Assembly (NCBI RefSeq): GCF_004010195.1
Contig: NW_025214106.1
Span: 1 to 39,053 of the forward strand
Direction of reading: 5' to 3'
Length of the DNA stretch: 39,053 nucleotides
DNA from: Chiloscyllium plagiosum
Lineage: Eukaryota
Notes under the pieces: model-generated
What the model was told of the DNA's origin: nothing
Databases searched by the model: none
The model's input: the letters and a program-made list of their open reading frames with translations, nothing else
Shown here: positions 1 through 10,809 of the stretch, one piece after another
Layout: every line of letters starts with the position of its first letter
Numbering within the stretch: position 1 is the stretch's first letter
Translations under genes and position numbers: made by a program

Positions 1-711
1 TGCTCCAAAAGTTTATATTCCGCCCAGTTACTGGAAGTTTTCTAACTCTGTAACATTCAACAGTCTCCAGTACCTTACACCACTTGCTGTCAATTTGTAT
101 TTGTTGAAGTCTACACATTTCTGTCAGCAGCTCAGAAAAAGCCTTTTAGGTTCTACACAGCTCCGTCATGAACAAGCCACCATCTCTGTATTTCCTTTGT
201 CTTCTTCAATGTCTGAAACTCTCACTGTATCTTCCAGCAAACGTCTTTAGTTGCTGCAGGTCTGCCTAGCTCCCCAGATAACCTGTTCCATCCCATACAG
301 CTCGCTCAATCACTGTAACACCCTCTGCTCTGTCTACTCCTCCTCTTTTCCACTGTCTTCCAGGCACAACAGCGATCCTATAAGAGAGCAATGCGGAATG
401 GGATGTTATAAACCTCAGCTGAGGCTTGAGGCCTACCATTACCTGGGTGTCACAAAGGGAGGGAACCTGAGAGAGAGCAGCATAAACCAGGAGAATATTC
501 ATCAGCAGCGAGGATCGAGGCTGACTGGGACTTGGAGTTGGAGAAACAGCAGAGCAGGAGCCTCGAAATCAGCACCGAATCACAGGGGGAGTGAACATGT
601 GACAGAACAACTTGGAGCAGGAGCATGAGGCTAACTCACACCTGGGAGTTGCAGAGGCAGCAAAGTGGGAGGATATAAATCAACACTGAGGATCAAGGCC
701 TAATCGTGCCT

Positions 712-1072
712 GGGAGTCACAGAAACGGTGACCCTGTGAGGGAGCAGAGTGGAGTGGGATCTGGAGGTTTACACGTCCCTGAGAGTCACAAAGACGGTGA
801 CTCTGTGAGGGAGTAGAGTGTAGTGGGAGCGGGAGGAGGACACATACCAGGGAGTCACAGAGACGGTGACCCTGTGAGGGAGCAGAGTGGAGTGGGAGCT
901 GGAGGATTACACGTACCTGGGAATCACAGAGATGGTGACCCTGTGAGGGAGCAGAGTGGAGTGGGAGCTGGAAGATTACACGTACCTGGTAGTAACAGAG
1001 ACGGTGACCCTGTGAGGAAGCAGAGTGGAGTGGGAGCTGAAGATTTACACGTACCTGGGAGTAACAGAGACA
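712..1072. repeat. 69-bp tandem minisatellite (~5.2 units), with more diverged related units extending left to ~360
   Basis: Unit GGGAGTCACAGAGACGGTGACCCTGTGAGGGAGCAGAGTGGAGTGGGAGCTGGAGGATTACACGTACCT starts at 712, 781, 850, 919, 988 and 1057 (partial). Confidence 0.95.
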
Positions 1073-1357
1073 ACTTTCTGCTGCTGGGACCTGCCTGCAC
1101 TGAGTTTGAAACAAGTGCAAGAGCCATCACAGAAAAGTCTGAAGTTCATTGGCTGATAATTACACCGGTATTAGCGACTGTCAGTTAATTGCTGTAAGTT
1201 AGCAATTTTTTTTAACTCCTCAAATAAGGGTTGAGCACAGAAATAAGAGGGAGAAGTGAAATTGTGAGCCAATATCATAAATTCAAAGTTGGGGAGAAGA
1301 CTTGTAGCTCGGGTGCTCATTGTTGTAGTTCTGTTCGCCAAGTTGGGAATTTGTGTT

Positions 1358-1397
1358 GCAGACGTTTCGTCCCCTGTCTAGGTGACATCCTGAGTGC
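1358..1397 (-). ncRNA. Degenerate minimal hammerhead ribozyme motif in Penelope pLTR
   Basis: Minus strand reads GCA-CTCAGGA-T-GTCACCT-AGAC-AGGGGAC-GAAA-C-GTC-TGC; the CUGANGA core is mutated to CUCAGGA. Confidence 0.6.
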
Positions 1398-1731
1398 TTG
1401 GGAGCCTCCTGGGAGGCACTTCTGTGATGTTTCCTCTGGCATTTATAGTGGTTTGTATCTGCCGCTTCCGGTTGTCAGTTCCAGCTGTCCGCTGCAGTGG
1501 CCAGTATATTGGTCCAGGTCGATGTGTTCATTGATTGAATATGTGGATGAGTGCCATGACTCTAGGAATTCCCTGGCTGTTCTCTGTTTGGCTTGTCCTA
1601 TAATAGTAGTGTTGTCCCAATATACCGACCACTGCAGCGAACAGCTGGAACTGACAACCGGAAGTGGCAGAGACAAACCACTATAAATGCCGGAGGAAAC
1701 ATCACAGAAGCGCTTGAAAGGAGGCTCCCAA

Positions 1732-1771
1732 GCACTAAGGATGACACCTAGACCGGGGACGAAACGTCTGC
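1732..1771 (+). ncRNA. Degenerate minimal hammerhead ribozyme motif in inverted pLTR arm
   Basis: GCA-CTAAGGA-T-GACACCT-AGAC-CGGGGAC-GAAA-C-GTC-TGC; core mutated to CUAAGGA and stem II disrupted. Confidence 0.55.
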
Positions 1772-1939
1772 AACACAAATTCCCAGCTCGGCGAACAGAA
1801 CCACAATATAATAAATTACCCTCAGTCAGCCACAGTTGAATAAGGGACTTAACAATATTGTTATTTGCCAGATGTTAACTTCATTCTAAGTAATGAATTA
1901 AGTTACTCTAGACACATTGCATTTTACGACATGGCAAGC

Positions 1940-3650
1940 CATGTTTATCAGATGGAAAATGTGTTCTGTTACATTGGGAATTCATAGCCCCCTGCTCGTG
2001 TCCTAGATGGACACTGGGTCTTGGAGCTCAAACAGTGACTAGAGACTCTATGGGCCATCTGTGATGCTGAGGGTTAGGGGGATAGCACACACACAGAGCA
2101 GATCACCCTGCAGACATGACAGCCTGGAAGAAGGAAGGGAATGAGGGACTAGGCAATCGAAGATAAACAGTCAGGTAATACAAGAATATCTTGGTGTCTC
2201 CCTCCCAATTCAGTTTCCCAGTTTGGAAGCTGATGAAGGTATTGGCTGCTCAGGGGTGTGCAGTCAGAGCCATGTCTGTGGCCCCACAAGCAGCCTGACT
2301 GTACAGGAGGGGAGGGAGAAGGAAGGAGGAGTAATAATCAAAGGGGAGTCAGGAAAGTGAAGAAGGTGTCAGCGTTTCTGTAATTCCAGGATAGTGGACT
2401 TAAGGATGTCACGGTGTCTGCAGGACATTTGTCTGGGGGACAGTGAGCAGTCAAAGGTCATGTCCATATTGGTGGGAATGACCTGGGTAGGAAGGGTGAA
2501 GTGGTCTGAGAGTCAGAATTTAGGGAGCTAGATGGATGCTTAGCAAGTGGTACCTCAAATGTAGCAATCCCTGGAATACTCCCCGTGCCATGTACAAGTG
2601 AGACCAGAACTCAGAGTTTTAGGTAGATGAGAGTGTGACTGGAACGATGGTGCAGCAAGAAGGGCTTCAGTTTCCTGGGACATTGGGACTGGTTCTGTAG
2701 AAGGCAGCAACTGGACAAGCTGGATGGGCTAACGTGACAGAGCTGGGTCTGAATTCATTGTGGGCTGTGTGGGAGGGATTGAAAATAACTTGATGTGTGC
2801 TTAGGATCCAAAAAGGAATAGTCGAGGAGACTACCAGGATTCCCAAAATAATGGGAGATGCATTTGGTACTAATTTACAACAAGTTAATTAGTGGAAGAT
2901 GGAGTAAGAAAGGAAGCCTTAATCTGACGTACTCTGCATGAACATAAATACTCGGAATATAGGGAGTTCCAGATGTAGATTAGTGTGTGGAAATCTGATG
3001 TACTGATCACCGAGAGCTGGCTCAAGGAATGGCAGGACTGTGTGTTAAATATTGCTGAGTATAAAGGATTCCAAAATGATAGAAGGGAAGGGAAAGAATG
3101 AAGGTAGAAGTATTGGTTTAGATTAGCATTAGTTAAGGCGTCCAAGAGAAAGAGGATCCGTCCAAGGACAGAATTTGGCTGGAGCTACAGAACAAAAAGT
3201 GTACAATTACACTGTGAGGTACAGTCTGTCTGCCAGGAACCAAAGAAATGATGGAGACAATAAATACGCAGGGTCATTTGAGACCGATGACAATACTACA
3301 GATCAGTTATACTGAGAAAATTAATGTTTCCAGATATTGACAGGGATACTGGTGGTGAAGGTTTACGAGGGTCAAGTGTTCCTGGATTATATGGAGGAGA
3401 TCTCACTGCAGGAGTATGTATCCAACCCAAGAGAGCATGTACTATTGGATCTGGTCCTTGGGAAAGAGGTGGGGCAAGTGGATCCAGTGTCAGTAGGGGA
3501 TGATTTTGGGGTGCAGCGATCATTTTATTGTAAAGTTCAGGATAATGGTAGAGAATGAAATGCAATAATTGAGAGGGAGAAACATTAGTTGACTGACAGC
3601 AGCCTTCAATGGGGCAAGAATGAAGCTGGGAACATTTCAACAAGGCCAGT
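1940..3650 (+). mobile_element. Heavily decayed CR1 LINE 5' part (ORF1 esterase + ORF2 APE endonuclease remnants)
   Basis: VHIGGND-like motif near 2460 (SGNH esterase of CR1 ORF1), ITESWL near 3005 and VLLDLVLG near 3440; many stops and frameshifts. Confidence 0.75.
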
Positions 3651-3889
3651 GAAATGGTAGCTTTAAATAGTGTGAACCAGGTCAGATGGAGCTGTCATTA
3701 TGGAGATGGGGCTGTAGTGTGACCACGACAGACCAGGATAATCAAATCTTTTCCCCATTTCTACAGGAAGGATAAATAGGCCAACACTGAAGGAGCATTG
3801 TGTATAAAGGATGGGATCAGTATTATTGTGATGCTCATCAATTTACACACTGCTCCTCCCTGCCCTCACCCCTCATCCCTGCGTATTAA

Positions 3890-5000
3890 TCCTATCAGAT
3901 ATTGGTCACCTTTGCAAACTTCAGAAAATAGCACAGTTTGGAGGAGATAATTCTGTCCACTGTGTGCGTTGGACAAGATGTAACGTTGTTTTTTAAAGCA
4001 CTAGTTCTGTCTCCCCAGACAGTGTAGGACTTCAGGTGCAGATCCCGACACCTTTTTAAAATGGTTTGAGAGTTTCTGCCTCTACTCCACTTCCATGTGT
4101 GACTCCGGGGCCCCGACGATACTCTGGGTGAAATAATAACTTTCCTCATCACGTCTCTACTATTTAACCTCATTAAGTATTCGCCACAGGTAACTGAGGT
4201 CTCCAACAGGAACAATGTATTCTCTCCCTTTCTATCCAGGCTCCTGACAATATGTGCACCCCAATCAAATCTCCTCTCAGTATCCTCCATTTCAATCTTT
4301 TCCCATAACTGCACTTCCACTGTCACAGGGTAACGGATCTCCTCTGTTCCCTCTCCAGTCCAATTCCTTCCTCCCATATGATGGGGTGACCAGAAATGCA
4401 CACAGTCCCCAAGCTGTGACTCATTATTTATACAATTCCTGTATAAGCTTCCTGCTCTGAAATTCTGCACTTTGGCTGAGAGAGGAAATGATGCCATTTG
4501 CTCCATTAATGAGATTATTGATCTGTCCAGCCTACTTCATTTACCTGCCCACACTGACCATAATCTCATTTATTGTTCATTCCTCTCTATTGTTGATGTC
4601 CCCAAATGCCTTGCCTTGCACTTCTCTGGGTTGTTTACTTCATTCACCTGGCCCCCATATTTTTTGTTTTTTAACAGTCTGCCATGGGATCTCTCGTCAA
4701 ATCCAAGAAATTCACATGCAGTCACGAGTTACTGACTCAAACCGACCTAGTCAAATTAATTACACACGATCTTCCTTGACCAAGTCCAGACCGACTATTT
4801 TGGAGTCCCTGGGACTTCCTCAGTGACCGTTTATCCACTGTCTCTGAATTCCAGCCGTGACCTATTCAGTCAGTCCCTTGCTCTACATTAAACAAAGTTG
4901 CGGTATTAGCCATTCTCCAGGCCTCCGGCACCATCCCTGCATCCAGTGAGGATTGGATAATGTAGGAAACTATAAGGCCGGGGATTTTCCCCAGCTCCTT
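3890..5000 (-). mobile_element. Decayed CR1 LINE, RT to 3' end
   Basis: Minus-strand CVHFWSPH motif and 3'-end sequence collinear with other CR1 copies in the window. Confidence 0.7.
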
Positions 5001-5413
5001 TTTACAGTCTGGAACATTGTGTTACCCCTTTTTGAGGATTTGAATCTCCTGTATATTTGTCCGCTCCGAGTTTGTTGCTCCCAAAATGTCATCCCTATTT
5101 TGATCCAGACAGACAAAGGCCTAACCCATCTTATGATTGGTCAAGTCTCATTTTAAACAGGTTTTATGGAGGGTTTCTCTCCACAAGGTGAATTGCATGT
5201 TCTCATGATACCATCCCCAATCTGCCTCATTAACTACTCTCCCTGCCCGCGTGGTCTTCCTCTCATCTGACACTAACGCGATGATTTTTCCCCTTTGTCA
5301 CAACAACTGCCCTCTGCCTGGATATCCCAGAATGCACCGGCCTCCTTGTTTCCCGGAGCCATCTTTAAAAAGTCATTTTACTCTTGCATTGTGAATCTGA
5401 AACTGCCCTGGAC

Positions 5414-5649
5414 ATGGCAGAGGGGGTAAAACTGGGGCCTCACTTTGTGGCCAAGCCCCTGAGTTTCTGGTGGATGGCATGGTGCAGGAGAGGGACATTA
5501 TCTTCCTAAAGGGCTGACAGGGGAATCTATGACACCAGACACTGCCAGCTTAGTCCGAGGCTGACCCCGAGGTCAGTGAGGTACCAGCCTTCTGGGTGAA
5601 TACCCAGCATTATAGGAAGGAGGTCAATGACCTTATCCACTCCACCAGG
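5414..5649 (+). pseudogene. Decayed Myb/SANT-like DNA-binding exon of PIF/Harbinger type
   Basis: Reads MAEGVKLGPHFVAKPL/EFLVDGMVQERDIIFLKG*QGNL*HQTLPA*SEADPEVSEVPAFWVNTQHYRKEVNDLIHSTR (1 frameshift, 3 stops), followed by a canonical donor AGG|GTAAGT at 5650. Spacing fits the PxFxxxxLExLV..W..QCRKKxNDL pattern of Harbinger Myb/SANT proteins. Confidence 0.6.
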
Positions 5650-6026
5650 GTAAGTGCCACCATCTGAAATTTGTGACCTCACCGTCACTCTCTCTCTCTA
5701 TTACTGCACCCACCTCCCACCAAGGCTCATGTTCTCCCACCGTCAGTGCATGCAGCACCTTCTCTCAGTCTCTCTGTAATCTCTTCTCTGCCCCTCTGCC
5801 CAACTCTGCCTGTTGTCTGTACTGCCCATTCACTCACTCAGAAGAACTCGACATCTTTCCCCCAGCTGTGCCAGCACTAACAGCTGTACCAACCACTTCC
5901 ATGTCCCTAATCCTACTTGGTAATTCTCACATTCCAGAAGGAATCATCCCACTCTAGGGCACAAAGAGCGAAGAGGGATATGGGGCAGCCTAACATTCAT
6001 CTCCTCACCCCCTCATAGGGGAAGGA

Positions 6027-6507
6027 NNNNNNNNNNNNNNNNNNNNNNNNNNNNNNNNNNNNNNNNNNNNNNNNNNNNNNNNNNNNNNNNNNNNNNNNNN
6101 NNNNNNNNNNNNNNNNNNNNNNNNNNNNNNNNNNNNNNNNNNNNNNNNNNNNNNNNNNNNNNNNNNNNNNNNNNNNNNNNNNNNNNNNNNNNNNNNNNNN
6201 NNNNNNNNNNNNNNNNNNNNNNNNNNNNNNNNNNNNNNNNNNNNNNNNNNNNNNNNNNNNNNNNNNNNNNNNNNNNNNNNNNNNNNNNNNNNNNNNNNNN
6301 NNNNNNNNNNNNNNNNNNNNNNNNNNNNNNNNNNNNNNNNNNNNNNNNNNNNNNNNNNNNNNNNNNNNNNNNNNNNNNNNNNNNNNNNNNNNNNNNNNNN
6401 NNNNNNNNNNNNNNNNNNNNNNNNNNNNNNNNNNNNNNNNNNNNNNNNNNNNNNNNNNNNNNNNNNNNNNNNNNNNNNNNNNNNNNNNNNNNNNNNNNNN
6501 NNNNNNN
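6027..6507. other. Assembly gap (N run)
   Basis: Run of N. Confidence 1.
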
Positions 6508-6809
6508 CTGGCATGTGTCAGATGACAGCATTGGTGGGTGTGGAGGACATGCAGCTTCTGTCAGTGCAGTGTCCCCCGAGACGCTGGTGTCCAAGGAAGA
6601 AGGCCACAGGAGCGAGCGGCGTGATGGCGTCACCAGGTACCAGCTCTGACATTCATGTCAAATTCTCAATATTGAGTTTCCCCAAATTGGGAAACGATCT
6701 GAAGCTGCAAGATGATGATGGGAGGAATCCACAATAATGTGGCTGTTGATCATCAGTAATCATTCAGTGAGCATCTCGCCACTCCCGTGCTCATTTCTTG
6801 TCTTAAAGA

Positions 6810-8010
6810 ACAGTCCAGCACAGGGACAGGCCCTTCAGCCCAACAAGCCCGTATTGACACAGGATGACCTTCTAAAGTTAAAACAAAAGTTTTTGTTCCA
6901 ATACCTCCTATGTCATTCTATTCCTTACTTATTCATACTTGTGCCAAGATCCCTCTGAAACCTTGCTATATTGGCTTCTTCCCCCATATCAGTGCATTCC
7001 AGGCATTTTCACGTTCTGTCTGGAACAGCAGAAATAAACTTACCTATCACATCTCCTGAACTTTCTCCCTTTTACCTAAAACCTACGGTCCTGAGTGATT
7101 GATATTTCTCCTCTGGGTGGGGGAAGGGTGTGGGGGGTGGGGGAAGCCTCTAGCTGCCCTTCTATCTATGCCTCTGATAACTTTGTAAATATCTATCAGG
7201 TAGCCCCATAGCCAATGATGCCCAGGTGCAAATAAACCATGTGTGTCCAATTTCTCCTTCCGGGTAATACCCTCCAAACCAGGCAATATGCTGGTAAAAC
7301 TTTTCCATACCCTCCCCAACACTTCAGCATCGTGTGGCAACCAGTACTGTGCACATAATTCTAAATGTATGTTGAACTAAGTTTCTCTACAGCTGCAATG
7401 TGACCTGCTAATTTTCATATTGCATACTCCGATGCATGTCTGCAATTTTGCCATCAGTCTTCTTGATCACCCTCTCCACCCATGTTACCACTTTCAGGGA
7501 ACTGTGGAGCTGTACACCAAGATCCTTCGGATGTTGATGCAATCAATAGTTTTTCCATCCACTTTATACTTCTCTCCTGCATTAGACCTTCCAAACTGTA
7601 TCACGTCACAACTCTCCAGATAAAGTTACATCTGTGTTTTCTCTGTCCAAGTCTGCAACTGACATATATCCTGCTGTATTATCTGGCAATCATCCTCACA
7701 ATCTGCAACTCCGCCAAACTATTTACAGATCTCCAGTCACAAAAACACTGTTCCACCACTACTCTGTATTCTATGACCAAACAGTTCTCTATCCATCTTA
7801 CTAACTGACCGCTGATCCCATTTCACTTCACCTTCTGCATGAGCCTGCCATAAGGAACCATATCAAAGGACTTGCTAATGTCCAATTGACCAACATTCAG
7901 CCCCATGCTCTCATCAATCAATTTTGTCACTTCCTCAAAACATTCAATTAAGTTTATGAGACATGATCCTCCCCACGCAACTGTGTTGCCTGTTGCTAGT
8001 AAGTCCATAC
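6810..8010 (-). mobile_element. Decayed CR1 LINE RT/3' fragment
   Basis: Minus ORFs contain SCLINLIECFEEVTKLIDE..LDISKSFDMVPYGRLMQKVK and ILPGLEG..YLIDIYKVIRGIDR. Confidence 0.85.
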
Positions 8011-8087
8011 TAGAGTACTATTGGAGCTGCACTCATTCAGACAAGTGATTATTCCATCATATTCCTGACATGAACCTTGCAGAGGAG

Positions 8088-8332
8088 ATTATATTCCCTA
8101 CAGTGTGGAAACAGGCCCTTTGGCCTAACCAGTCCACATCAACCCTTTGAAGAGTAACCCACGCACATCCAATTCCCTCTGACTAAAACCCTTAAAAAAT
8201 TAGCATGGCCAATTCACCTGGCCTGCGGGAGGAAACCCATGCAGACACGGGGGGAATGTGCAAACTCCACACAGACGGTCGCCTGAGGCCGGAATCGAAC
8301 CCAGGACCTTGGCGCTGTGAGCCACCACGCCA
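8088..8332 (-). mobile_element. HE1-like V-SINE (tRNA-derived)
   Basis: Minus strand has B-box GGTTCGATTCC, V-domain-like GTGTGGAGTTTGCACATTCCCCCCGTGTCTGCATGGGTTTCCTCC and a CR1-shared tail GGGCCTGTTTCCACACTGTA. Confidence 0.9.
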
Positions 8333-8367
8333 CTCTTGATGGTTCCCATAGAGTGGGACTTATGATG

Positions 8368-8530
8368 GGCCGTGATGGTTACTGTACAATGGGAGGTATG
8401 TTAGGCCGTGATGGTTACTGTGCAGTGGGAGGTATGTTAGGCCGTGATGGTTACTGTGCAGTGGGAGGTATGTTAATCTGATGGTTACTGTACAGTGGGA
8501 GGTATGTTAATCTGATGGTTACTGTACAGT
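8368..8530. repeat. 34-36-bp tandem minisatellite (~4.6 units)
   Basis: GGCCGTGATGGTTACTGTRCARTGGGAGGTATGTTA x3, then ATCTGATGGTTACTGTACAGTGGGAGGTATGTTA variants. Confidence 0.95.
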
Positions 8531-8901
8531 CGTAGGTCTGTCTGGCTGTGAGGTTGAAGAGTGTATGAGCTGTACAGAGTATGATTCTACTCCTGCCGAT
8601 GGCCCTTGCACCTCATGGTTGCATCATCATTGCTTATTCAATCTGTTTACAGTCTGTCCCACTCAGTATTCAAGGGGCTACATATCATGGCGAGGAAGGC
8701 CTGCAAAATGTGAAGGTAGCCCTTGGTCCCCATTGTGGAGTGACCATTCTTACTGATATATGAAATGGAGAGGTGTATCTGCAGCAGGCAGATTGGTGGC
8801 GATGTGGTCAATTATATGTTCCCCTTTTATTGATTCCACCATAACCTGCCACAGAGCAGTCTAGCAGCCACAGGATCCAGCATCAATGCTGAGCACTATC
8901 A

Positions 8902-9188
8902 TTAGATTGGATTCCATATAGTATGGGAACTGGCCCTTCGGCCCAACCAGTCCACACTGACCCTCCGAAGAGCAACACACGCCTTTCTGACTAATGCACT
9001 GAACACTATGGGCAGTTTACCATGGCCAATTCACCAGAGCTGCACATCTTTGGACTGTGGGAGGAAACCCACGCAGACAGAGGGAGCATGTGCAAACTCC
9101 ACACAGGCAGTTGCCCGAGGCTGGAATCATAGCTGGGACCCTAGTGCTATAAAGCAGCAGTGCTAACCACTGACCCACCATGCCACCG
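8902..9188 (-). mobile_element. HE1-like V-SINE, near full length
   Basis: tRNA-like head GGCATGGTGGGTCAGTGGTTAGCACTGCTGC, V-domain and CR1-like tail with an AATCT-type end. Confidence 0.9.
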
Positions 9189-9544
9189 TATATTGACTAT
9201 ATACCAAGGAGCTGTCCCCCTTTGCCTGGCTGTGTCCTGTCAGTGGGACTGAACCTACCAGAGAGGGTGGTGATGTTGCCTGGGACATAGTCCTGTTCAC
9301 AGAATCCTGCATTACAGACAATATCTGATTGTTGCTTGATTAGTTCATGGGAAATATATAACAGGTCACTTTCACATTTTCTGTAATGAAGAGTTAATAT
9401 CACTTTATTTCTTACATATTTTAAAATAAACCAAATATCATTCTTTTTCAGTTGAAAATAATTGAAGTGAACAATAATTGAAATACCAGAGCGCACACCT
9501 AACTATTACACAATTCAGTGACTGTAGTAAACAGCTGATTTATG

Positions 9545-10010
9545 TTCAGATCAGTGAACACACCATCTTGCAGGCAGCAAAGCTGTTGGAAATGACTTTG
9601 AGGAAAAGCCTGAATTCAGACACAATGTTACTGGCCTCACCATGACCTCCAAAACACTGGCAATCTCCAAAATCAGTCCAGAGAGCTCCTAAACTGGAGC
9701 TGAGCAGTTACTCTCACAATCCCTCACAATAGACTGGTTAGAGACATACCTGAACAACGGGGAGATGCGTGTGGGGCAGACTGGTCAATGGACTAGCACA
9801 TGGCTCTGGTCCAGACACAGTTCAATATTTATAACAACGACCTGTAAACAGCCATGTCTTGCAAGTATATCACTTCTTGTGTGCCACTTAAATTCTGTAA
9901 TTCTGCACCTTGGACCTGATCCTGAATGAAGGTGTTATGAAGGTGATGGACTCCTGCAGCACATGGCATCTGACATTGAATCCCTCATAAACCACATCCA
10001 GTGTATGTTA
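9545..10010 (+). mobile_element. Ancient Vingi/Ingi-like LINE RT remnant
   Basis: With a frameshift it reads NGLAHGS..TQFNIYNNDL*TAMSCKYI, resembling NGLPQGSVLAPTLFNIYTNDLP..SRKFIYADD. Shares sequence with 16810-16903 (minus). Confidence 0.55.
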
Positions 10011-10396
10011 GCCCCACAATGTCAGTATACAAACAGAATTGTACAGCTCCATTGATGGCCAGCATGATCCCAGCCCAACGAGCTTGAATTTGACTTGAGC
10101 CGGTTATTTCTGTGTAAATGTTTGCAACTTTGTTCTAACCGTTAACAGCCATTAAGTAAAGTCTCTTTACTGAAGGTCCGATATCCTTTCATAATACCAA
10201 CTTTTCGATTGTCCAATAAGCACAAAATCCAACCATTTATTCAGTACACTGTTATAACAACAATATGATGAAAACTCACAGTAAGGAGCATTGAAATGAT
10301 GAGTCGCATTGCCACACCCAAGACCAAATTGTTATTAAGTACAAGGACTTTGAAAATATACAATTATTTTCCCTTGAATTAATATTGTTAACTAAT

Positions 10397-10502
10397 AGTC
10401 GATTCTCCTGCTCCGCAGATGCTGCCTGAACATCCGAGTTTTTTTTTCAGAACCACACTTTTTGACTCTTATCTCTAGCATCTGCTGTCCTCACTTTCTC
10501 CC
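10397..10502 (+). mobile_element. Fragment of a second Penelope-type pseudo-LTR repeat family
   Basis: GTCGATTCTCCTGCTCC..GATGCTGCCTGA..CATCTGCTGTCCTCACTTTCTCC matches 21785-21882 and the reverse complements of 11258-11328 and 14497-14623. Confidence 0.7.
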
Positions 10503-10809
10503 TGCTAATATTCACTCATAACCATTTCCGTGACAACAGTATCACTGTGTTTAAACATGTTCCAGTCAGATATGAGTACGTTTTCAGTTGCTTCTGTCTA
10601 TCTCGGAGCTCAGTATTGTGGGATGAGATTGCCAGTGTCTGTGTGATGCTCGGTGTTTAGGCCATGCCTCTGAGAGACTGACAGATTGTTTCAAACAGCA
10701 TATCCCTTCAGCTGTTCACAACAAGCAAGGTACTGCCTGGACCAACCAGCCTGAGCTCACAAAACCTTAAACTCAGTGTCCAGCATTGAACAGGTCGAGA
10801 CAATTTTTT

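Larger units (their letters stand above)
1297..1807 (-). mobile_element. Penelope-like element 3' fragment with inverted pseudo-LTR
   Basis: Arms 1323-1512 and 1617-1806 are reverse complements. The minus-strand spacer reads WDNTTIIGQAKQRTAREFLESWHSSTYSINEHIDLD, typical of the C-terminal end of a Penelope GIY-YIG ORF. Same family as 13693-13943. Confidence 0.85.
8010..9350 (-). mobile_element. Decayed CR1/L2-group LINE endonuclease region, interrupted by two SINEs and a minisatellite
   Basis: HELIKQQSDIV..YVPGNITTLSG..DRTQPGKGG resembles an APE N-terminus; 8570-8670 resembles 12900-13005 of the LINE at 10810-13500. Confidence 0.55.

Noticed and set aside
1..360. Purine-rich minus-strand stretch resembling decayed coding sequence
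   Set aside because: It has multiple stops and no motif I could assign.
680..1188. Repetitive ORFs 680-1120 (-) and 823-1188 (+) as host genes
   Set aside because: The open frames follow from the 69-bp period; there is no recognisable domain or convincing splice structure.
6005..6633. Long ORFs spanning N runs (also 15064-15778 and 32235-33192)
   Set aside because: Artefacts of translating assembly gaps.
9751..9841. Minus-strand exon-like segment (TTACAG|..|GTATGT)
   Set aside because: It lies antisense within the Vingi-like RT remnant and has stops in all frames.
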